Shown here in pieces: positions 25,521 through 32,000 of a DNA stretch of 32,000 nucleotides. Numbering within the stretch: position 1 is the first letter of the stretch; every line of letters starts with the position of its first letter. Source of the stretch: Ruminococcus albus 7 = DSM 20455 (GTDB lineage Bacteria > Bacillota > Clostridia > Oscillospirales > Ruminococcaceae); contig NC_014833.1 in NCBI RefSeq assembly GCF_000179635.2, positions 1,260,001 through 1,292,000 of the forward strand, given 5' to 3'. Under the pieces are notes generated by a model that saw nothing but the letters and a program-made list of their open reading frames with translations, was not told the origin of the DNA and made no database searches. A program made the position numbers and the translations under genes.

Positions 25521-26756
25521 ATGTATTATTTTAATTATTCTGATAATTCGTGCACATTTAAGAATGACACTTGTGAAGTTGATGTAGTAAAAGAATCTTG
25601 GGGTAAAAACGACTATGCGTTTCGAGTGAAATGTAAAAAGCGATTTGCTGAGTTTGGATTCTATAATCATTCTTTAGGATTAGTAAAGCTTTCGACTAAT
25701 AATCCTAAAATGACGGACAATATTTTACTTAAGTTTATATCGATAGATACAGAAAATGAGAAAAAAGGTATCAAGCAACTTTATGATTTTTTTTCCAATT
25801 ATGGTTTCCTCTTCAAGATACCCGATGACGATTATGAAAAGATAAAATTTAATGACGTTAAGAATCTGGTAAACAGGCTCACGGCAATCGTAAAGTTATT
25901 TAACGAATTACAAACAACTAACACTAATTACGAAATGATAATAGTATACATGATGAAACTGATATTATCAGAACCATTTACGATAAATACCAGGTATTCA
26001 AAATACAGATCATATACTCATGAAATCAGATTGGTGCTTGATAACAATAGAGGCAGTAAGTCATATGGTAGTTGGGGATCGGAAGAAAATAGCGAACCTG
26101 ATAGGGTCGGTTCAGATCCATATGCCCCCATTCAGTATGACGACCAAGAGGAAGATGATTTGACTCCTAGTATTTGTGAACAGCTTGGTGTTTTGGATAA
26201 AAGACATAAGGATTTCAACGATCCTTTTTTTGACGAAATCAATGGTGAAACGGATTCTAAGAGAAGTGGAGTTGATGATGACATACTTAAACGAATTTCA
26301 GACGCATATCATAAAGTAAATGGATATAGTTATCACACTAATGTGTTGCTCGATTTTTTGTATTATTACTACGAAAATGTTGGAATAATAAAAGAATTTT
26401 CTGATAATGGATTAATATTTTACGACGATGATCAAGTCCATAGGGAAAATTTTAATGATGATGATAAAAACACACTTGTTCTTTGTGCCCGGGAAATACT
26501 GACAAACGAGATAAACTATAATTTGAGGGGTGTTAAGGTGGTATATAATCCTTATTTGAGAGTAAATGAAATTCACATGGAAACTCTTCTTGAGGGACTC
26601 TATTATTCGTTGTCATTTTCAAATCCTGACTTGGTCATATACAAACGATGCCCTACTTGTTTGAATTATTTTGAGGTCAGCAGTACCAATTCAAGAAAAA
26701 AATTTTGTAGTCCTGAATGTCAGAATAACAGAAAAGATAAACGTAAAATAAAATAA
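25521..26756 (+). CDS. hypothetical protein with acidic central region and C-terminal zinc ribbon
   Basis: Preferred start is the ATG at 25521 after RBS gggagg; the ORF is open from 25467. The central segment is D/E-rich. The C-terminus is CPTCLNYFEVSSTNSRKKFCSPECQNNRKDKRK. Confidence 0.7.
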   Translation: MYYFNYSDNSCTFKNDTCEVDVVKESWGKNDYAFRVKCKKRFAEFGFYNHSLGLVKLSTNNPKMTDNILLKFISIDTENEKKGIKQLYDFFSNYGFLFKIPDDDYEKIKFNDVKNLVNRLTAIVKLFNELQTTNTNYEMIIVYMMKLILSEPFTINTRYSKYRSYTHEIRLVLDNNRGSKSYGSWGSEENSEPDRVGSDPYAPIQYDDQEEDDLTPSICEQLGVLDKRHKDFNDPFFDEINGETDSKRSGVDDDILKRISDAYHKVNGYSYHTNVLLDFLYYYYENVGIIKEFSDNGLIFYDDDQVHRENFNDDDKNTLVLCAREILTNEINYNLRGVKVVYNPYLRVNEIHMETLLEGLYYSLSFSNPDLVIYKRCPTCLNYFEVSSTNSRKKFCSPECQNNRKDKRKIK

Positions 26757-26980
26757 AAAAATTAACATATCAGAATTATCTGTTACAATTCACAACTTAA
26801 TTTGTTGTCGGTTTTCTCGTTAAATTAATAATATATAGATTTCTGTTCTGACGATAGGAACGCAGCAAAAAATACCACAGAAATCGTTGAAAAGCGAACT
26901 GCTCTTTATTCCCGAGGAATAGTGATTTGACTTAAATTAATCGTATCATTATCTCACTGAAAATCAAATAATAATTTTTT

Positions 26981-27043
26981 ACCGCAAAATAATTATGCTT
27001 AGGATACTAAACCGTAATGATTTTGCGGTTTTTATATTTTTTT
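26981..27043 (+). terminator. terminator-like hairpin with a large loop
   Basis: Stem accgcaaaat (26981-26990) / attttgcggt (27020-27029) with a 29-nt loop, followed by tttttatattttttt. Confidence 0.4.
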
Positions 27044-27359
27044 CAAAAAACCGTATTGGATAATAATCCAATATTGCTGCTAGTCAGATTAATCCTACGC
27101 TTAAAATTAATGTAAAATAATCAGGTAAAAATCATTTCAGATAGTATATATATAAATAATGTAATATAAGTAATTAATCCATACCCTATTTTCATATTTA
27201 GGGTATATATTGATTATACTATACTAACTAATCTTGTATCATATAGTTATTTTCTTCTTGTATATCAAGCTGTATGATTTATACCTATTATCTCTATTAA
27301 ACCACTGTTGCAATTATTTTTAATTATTTTACAACAATAAACTAAAAATATGAAAGGCA

Positions 27360-28517
27360 GTGATTTTTTTGAAAAACTACTTTATACACACTATTGAATT
27401 TTTTAAGCCTATAGAAACAGAAATATATAAGGCTTTCAAGAACAATACGGATTATTCTGTTATACTAAATGATAATATATTTATAGACGAATATCTGGTA
27501 AACAATACCTATTCTCCAAAAGGACTGATTATCGAACTTCATAAATGCACTCCGAATGAAATAATGACCTACAGGAAACCATGTAAGCTGGTTCTAAAAG
27601 TTAATCCCAGTAAGCTGATATATGAAGGTGAAGCGATAAATCACATAACTGATAAAGATACCTTTAAGATGGCGTTTGACGAACTGGCTGAACTCATTGA
27701 CTCTGTATTTACTGAGTCTGATCTGAATGATATTGACGAATATACCATTGACCGTATAGACATCACTCGTGATGTACATGGTATCCCCGAGGATGTTATC
27801 AAGGAAGTGAACACAATGCTGTATCGTATGCCTATGTACGATGGATATGCACATAATACCCAGCTTGAAAAATACTGTAAGACCTTTCGCCGTGAGGATT
27901 CATTCAATGCTGTTAATTACTCGCGTGGTATAGAGTTTGTTATATACAACAAGCATCAGGCAGCTATTGATAACCATTACGATTTGGCTGCGGTGGATCA
28001 TTATAAGGACACACTAAGGATCGAACTCAGGTGTAACAAGAAGTACATAAACAAGCATTTTATAGGAAAGAATATCAGGAAAACTCTCCTTAACGCTTAT
28101 GATAATATGAAGGAGTCTGTTGAGGAAATATATTTCAGACTATTTAAGTTTCCGACCAGTCTATGTCATCTGCCGAGTAAACTTCTGATAAAATATATAT
28201 TTGACCGTTGTGACAACAAGAAAGCAAAATGCAGAAGAATGGTGACTCTACTCGATGAGCTTGATAAATACAAGCAAGATGATCTTCAAACGGCATTGAA
28301 CAATGTATATCTCAGTGAAAAACGTCAGCGTAAGATCAAGGAGCATTATGAAGAATATGGTGTTTCTCCTCTGACAACGAGGGTTAGGAACATACCTTTT
28401 ATCCAATCACTGGATTCTCTTCTGGAATTTGAAAAGCCGACAGGATTGGAATATGATCTTTTCAGGACTGTCAAAGAACAGTATAGTGAGGTGTTTTTTC
28501 ATGAACCTATCAGATGA
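27360..28517 (+). CDS. putative rolling-circle replication initiator (Rep_trans-like)
   Basis: Three collinear motifs resemble replication initiation factor proteins: TIDRIDITRDV, SRGIEFVIYNKHQA and DTLRIELRCNKKY. The GTG start is uncertain because of poor RBS spacing. It is preceded by 600 bp of AT-rich noncoding DNA with palindromes. Confidence 0.6.
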   Translation: MIFLKNYFIHTIEFFKPIETEIYKAFKNNTDYSVILNDNIFIDEYLVNNTYSPKGLIIELHKCTPNEIMTYRKPCKLVLKVNPSKLIYEGEAINHITDKDTFKMAFDELAELIDSVFTESDLNDIDEYTIDRIDITRDVHGIPEDVIKEVNTMLYRMPMYDGYAHNTQLEKYCKTFRREDSFNAVNYSRGIEFVIYNKHQAAIDNHYDLAAVDHYKDTLRIELRCNKKYINKHFIGKNIRKTLLNAYDNMKESVEEIYFRLFKFPTSLCHLPSKLLIKYIFDRCDNKKAKCRRMVTLLDELDKYKQDDLQTALNNVYLSEKRQRKIKEHYEEYGVSPLTTRVRNIPFIQSLDSLLEFEKPTGLEYDLFRTVKEQYSEVFFHEPIR

Positions 28518-28683
28518 ATTACTTACAGTAAAAGAGACCTGCAAGCTGTTGAAAATAAGCAGACCGACTCTTTTAAGACTGATAAAAAGCGGTGAGATAA
28601 AGGGATTCAAAATAGGTAAAAGAGTATGGAAAATACAGCGCAGTGAGGTATATAATTATATAAACCAAAAGGTATTGACATAA
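28501..28683 (+). CDS. excisionase/MerR-type helix-turn-helix DNA-binding protein
   Basis: The ATG at 28501 overlaps the upstream stop by 17 nt. HTH is LLTVKETCKLLKISRPTLLRLIKSGEIKGFKIGKRVWKI. Confidence 0.75.
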   Translation: MNLSDELLTVKETCKLLKISRPTLLRLIKSGEIKGFKIGKRVWKIQRSEVYNYINQKVLT

Positions 28684-28936
28684 TGATAAAATTATAATGG
28701 AGGGGCTGATATTATGATTGATATAAGACCAGTGACCGACCGGATAAATCATGAAATATTATAGCGCGAAACGCAGTTCAGTGTCTATTGATATTGCGCT
28801 CAAACTTTCTGTTTCACTTGCATTATCCAGTTCGACACATTGTTACGGGGAAAAGAAAAAGCTGCGGAGCGGAAACGCTCACACAGCTTTGAAAAGTATA
28901 CTCATATTTTGATGTATCGTAAATCGTTGTAAAGCA

Positions 28937-29362
28937 CTATGCTTCACCTACAACTCGATACTTCAACAGGTATCCGCCGAGATAGAATAATCGTCCCTCT
29001 ATAATCGCATGAAATCCATATTCTGATTCACAATACTCTGGTTGTCTATCCTTGCCATTGTAATAAGTATGCCCAAGGTCATGAAAACCTATCTTATCCA
29101 TAGCTTCAACAGCCGAATACTGATAGCTTACAAATACATATCCCTCAGTTGGAATGTCAGGATCTCCACCTGCATAAGTACCCTCTTGTATTTCGTAAAA
29201 ATCATTTCCGTCCACAGCCACAGATTTCCATATCGTGAATGAACTTATAGGATTAATTGTTTTAAATACAATTGCAGAGTAGCTGATAAACAGAATGATA
29301 AATATTGCAAGTGCAGAAACTATAACTTTTTTCTTTGACTTTTTAATACTCAAACAATTCAC
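28937..29362 (-). CDS. hypothetical membrane-anchored protein
   Basis: N-terminus KKSKKKVIVSALAIFIILFISYSAIVF is a signal anchor. The GTG at 29362 sits too close to RBS aaaggaga, so the TTG at 29353 is the more likely start. Confidence 0.6.
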   Translation of the reverse strand: MNCLSIKKSKKKVIVSALAIFIILFISYSAIVFKTINPISSFTIWKSVAVDGNDFYEIQEGTYAGGDPDIPTEGYVFVSYQYSAVEAMDKIGFHDLGHTYYNGKDRQPEYCESEYGFHAIIEGRLFYLGGYLLKYRVVGEA

Positions 29363-29415
29363 TCTCCTTTAAATAACCAATATTCTCCGTATAACAAGAC
29401 ACATTCACATTTCCA

Positions 29416-29444
29416 ATTATATCACACCCTCCCCGAAAAAGCAA
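29416..29444 (-). promoter_or_regulatory. strong promoter of the 141-aa membrane protein gene
   Basis: The minus strand reads TTGCTT tttcggggagggtgtga TATAAT: a 17-nt spacer with the TGTGa -16 motif. Confidence 0.55.
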
Positions 29445-29942
29445 CCAACACTTTCATCAAACTGCCACCCAGACTGCGCAATAACTGCGCCGTACCAGTT
29501 TACAATTTTGGAGATGATGATATTGAGGGCATCACGCAGGAGCGTGAGCGAGTATGACCGCCGACCAAAGCAGCGGAGAGATTAAGTCGCACAGCTCCAA
29601 ATTCGCTGACGGAGCATCGAAAGCCTGTGAGATACAGAGATACAGCAGGCAGAAAACTGTGCGACAGCGCATCAAAAATAGCAAGCATTGTATTTAGCGC
29701 CGCACACGGACGAAAATACATCTGCTTGTTGGAGACACCCCAAGCCCCGAAATGACCGCTGTGCGGTCATAATAAAATCGGCTTACGCCGAAATAGAAAT
29801 AAAGGAGACATTCCTCACCAAGCTTGAAACGGCGAAAAAGTATGTCCGACAGGTCAGAAACTATATCAACGAAGAACATAACAGGCGTGAGCATGAGAAG
29901 TACAGACAGAAGAAGCTCACACAGCAGAGAAAGATACTTTGG

Positions 29943-29976
29943 AATAAAAAACAGCAAGGAGAGCAATTCTCCTTGC
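29943..29976 (-). terminator. rho-independent terminator of gene 29997-30503
   Basis: Stem gcaaggaga (29954-29962) / tctccttgc (29968-29976). On the minus strand it is followed by tgttttttatt. Confidence 0.8.
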
Positions 29977-29996
29977 CATCCATACAGTTTATAAAT

Positions 29997-30503
29997 CTAA
30001 CCCGAATATGTATCTGACGACCAAGTTCGCCAGTTATCATAAAATGGAGCTTTATCTTTTGCGTGAATACTTCCAACGTAATTTGGTTCAACATACACAA
30101 GGTAATAACATCTTACATCAGGAGTTTCTATTCCATTACCGCCTTTTATTATTTCTTTCTTTGCTTGAATCGAAATAGCTAAGTTACCATTATTGTCACT
30201 GTAAACCTCGATTGCAGTGAATACGGGATAGTCACTATCTTTTTGATATTGCTTGTTAAGACTATCAAGTATTTCGTTTATTTCATTGGGAGTGTTCTCG
30301 TCACTAATTATAACTGTACCACTGAGGTTGTAATTTCTGATATATGTTGGGAGTGCATCAAAGTATTCTATGTTTGATTGCAAGCAATTCTCACAATAGC
30401 GATATGGAGCGCGATAAATAAATTGAATAATTATAGGTATGGATATTATCGCAATCATCAGTATTATTCCAATAACAAATCGCTGCTTTCGCTTGATTAT
30501 CAT
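29997..30503 (-). CDS. hypothetical membrane-anchored protein
   Basis: ATG at 30503 lies 8 nt after RBS ggagg; the ORF is open to 30518. N-terminal anchor is RFVIGIILMIAIISIPIIIQFIY. No motif recognised in the extracytoplasmic part. Confidence 0.65.
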   Translation of the reverse strand: MIIKRKQRFVIGIILMIAIISIPIIIQFIYRAPYRYCENCLQSNIEYFDALPTYIRNYNLSGTVIISDENTPNEINEILDSLNKQYQKDSDYPVFTAIEVYSDNNGNLAISIQAKKEIIKGGNGIETPDVRCYYLVYVEPNYVGSIHAKDKAPFYDNWRTWSSDTYSG

Positions 30504-30572
30504 TTCATTAACCTCCATAAACAGTAAAACAGCTATGTTTAGTCCGTATTGAAAGATTACACCTTATGTATA

Positions 30573-30601
30573 ATTATATATCGTCCCCCCGAAAAAGTCA
30601 A
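30573..30601 (-). promoter_or_regulatory. strong promoter of gene 29997-30503
   Basis: The minus strand reads TTGACT ttttcggggggacgata TATAAT with a 17-nt spacer. The spacer shares tttcgggg with the promoter at 29416-29444. Confidence 0.55.
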
Positions 30602-30799
30602 CCATAGTAACGACAGTTGCAATCGATTTTATAAGCGGGTCAGAGAAAGTTGTAATAATTATCTGCGTATTAAACAAACAGACCTTGATAATTATGTGTA
30701 TTATTCACATAGAATATCGGTCATGGGGTATCTTCCCGCTTGTTTTTATTCGAGTAAGATCATTCAACTAACATGAGTAAAATTCTCCCTATGTTCCTA

Positions 30800-30828
30800 T
30801 TGATTAAGATATTGAGATGTGCTATAAT
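30800..30828 (+). promoter_or_regulatory. promoter of the second WYL regulator gene
   Basis: -35 TTGATT, a 17-nt spacer ending in TGTGc, and -10 TATAAT. Confidence 0.55.
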
Positions 30829-30858
30829 ATACCCATAAATTCGGGAGGAGGAATAACG

Positions 30859-31902
30859 ATGGCAGTTAATGAGCCCAAGAAACTTGCGATAATATACATA
30901 CTGAAAGCCCTTGAAAGCCACAGCAGTCCTGAAAAAAGGTATTCACAGCAGCAGATAATTGATCTGGTGTACGATGAATACGGTATGAAGCTTGACCGCA
31001 AGACCATACGACATAATCTATCCATGCTTATCGAAGCAGGTTTTCCGCTGAAATATGAGGAATATCACCGCACAAATAAGGACGGCCAGCAAGAAAATAT
31101 ACTGACCAACTGGTACTACGATCATGAACGTAAGTGGGACGAAAGTGAGCTGAAGGTCATGATCGACAGTCTGCTTTTTTCAAACTATCTTCCTCCGAAA
31201 CAGTGTCATGAGCTGGTGAAAAAGATTGCTGAGCTTGGAGATGAGGGATCTCAAAAACATCTGGCTAATTCTTTTGGTACTGTGCAGCAGCGTCCTGTGA
31301 ATAAGTCACTGTTCTACAATATCTCCGTTCTCAGTGAAGCGATAGCTGCCAGGAAAAAGGTGACATTCCACTACTGCGACTACGACACAGATCTGAAGCT
31401 GCATCCCCGTGCTGACAGTGAAGGCAGTACTAAGCTTTACACCATAAGCCCGTACAAGCTGCTTTCAATGAATGGGAGATACTATATGCTTGGTAAGAAC
31501 GATACCCATGATGACATCAGTACATTCCGTATCGACAGGATAAAAGATATAGAGATGACCAGGATAAATGCTGTATCTGTGCGTGTGATCAAGGGGCTTG
31601 AAAACGGTATCGACCTCGCAGAGTTCACCGCCGAACACCCGAATATGTGGGGCGGTGATGTATGCACCTGTACGTTCATCTGCCCGAGATATATTATGGA
31701 TGATATAGTTGACTGGTTCGGCAGCAGGGCAAATATCCGTCAGCTCGAAAATGATATGCTGGAGATACGTGTGCGTATCAGCGAGAGTGCTATGAAGCAC
31801 TGGGCGATACAGTATGCTGACTGTGTCGAGGTGATATCTCCGAAGCGCGTGAGGGAAGATATTGCCGTAACTCTGAGAGAAGCGGCAGAGAGATATAAGT
31901 GA
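30859..31902 (+). CDS. WYL-domain transcriptional regulator (wHTH-WYL-WCX architecture)
   Basis: ATG at 30859 after RBS gggaggagg; the ORF is open from 30817. wHTH is IIYILKAL...KTIRHNLSMLIEAGFPL. WYL core is YTISPYKLLSMNGRYYMLGKNDTHDDISTFRIDRIKDI. The C-terminus is ADCVEVISPKRVRE. Confidence 0.85.
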   Translation: MAVNEPKKLAIIYILKALESHSSPEKRYSQQQIIDLVYDEYGMKLDRKTIRHNLSMLIEAGFPLKYEEYHRTNKDGQQENILTNWYYDHERKWDESELKVMIDSLLFSNYLPPKQCHELVKKIAELGDEGSQKHLANSFGTVQQRPVNKSLFYNISVLSEAIAARKKVTFHYCDYDTDLKLHPRADSEGSTKLYTISPYKLLSMNGRYYMLGKNDTHDDISTFRIDRIKDIEMTRINAVSVRVIKGLENGIDLAEFTAEHPNMWGGDVCTCTFICPRYIMDDIVDWFGSRANIRQLENDMLEIRVRISESAMKHWAIQYADCVEVISPKRVREDIAVTLREAAERYK

Positions 31903-31955
31903 GAAATTGATATCAACTACACCGCCGCTTTTTTACCCATCTTATATGTTATACT

Positions 31956-31992
31956 ATATACCGAAGATGAAAAAGCTTCGGTATATTTTTTA
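31956..31992 (+). terminator. rho-independent terminator after the WYL regulator gene
   Basis: Stem atataccgaag (31956-31966) / cttcggtatat (31976-31986) followed by tttttt. Confidence 0.8.
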
Positions 31993-32000
31993 TCATTGAA

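Larger units (their letters stand above)
21100..28690. mobile_element. second integrative element or remnant; boundaries not determined
   Basis: The int-xis-SF3 helicase module is transcribed leftwards toward 21.1 kb. A Rep-like and HTH module sits at 27.4-28.7 kb. The region looks markedly AT-rich by eye. I could not find flanking direct repeats. Confidence 0.4.

Noticed and set aside
29668-29677. cgcatcaaaa, matching 21119-21128, considered as the missing right-end att of the second element
   Set aside because: The match is only 10 bp and has no flanking similarity, so it could occur by chance in 32 kb. The element's boundary is left undetermined.
1-32000. CRISPR arrays, rRNA genes, tRNA genes, reverse transcriptase or retron components, transposase genes
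   Set aside because: I found no regularly spaced repeats, no rRNA or tRNA-like conserved blocks, and no RT (YxDD) or DDE transposase motifs in any listed ORF.

Overview
The window appears to come from a Firmicutes/Clostridia-like chromosome (GGAGG ribosome-binding sites, TRTGnTATAAT promoters). It starts at the housekeeping gene lysS and then runs through stacked mobile and accessory DNA. All family calls below rest on motifs read by eye; no homology search or folding was run. (1) A ~19.2 kb integrative mobilizable element sits in the 3-prime end of lysS. It is bounded by an exact 25-bp direct repeat (1848-1872 and 21043-21067) that duplicates the last 8 lysS codons, with TTACGACC arm-type repeats just inside both ends. 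Its cargo includes a translationally coupled four-gene operon: SNF2 helicase, DUF4391-like protein, Type III Mod and Type III Res. It also carries a WYL regulator next to a Cys-rich 190-aa protein, a ~300-bp hairpin-dense noncoding region, and parM/parR-like genes. The remaining genes are mobC, a relaxase, an NB-ARC/TPR STAND NTPase, and xis/int. (2) Directly after the right repeat lies a second, inverted int-xis module with an SF3 helicase. It is followed by an AT-rich block holding a 411-429-aa zinc-ribbon protein, a Rep_trans-like initiator and an HTH protein. The boundaries of this second element could not be found. (3) The right end carries two small membrane-anchored protein genes with near-identical strong promoters and a second WYL regulator. 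The best candidates for under-described biology are the four-gene restriction-like operon, the two WYL-associated modules, the STAND NTPase and the structured noncoding region. No CRISPR array, rRNA or tRNA was seen.
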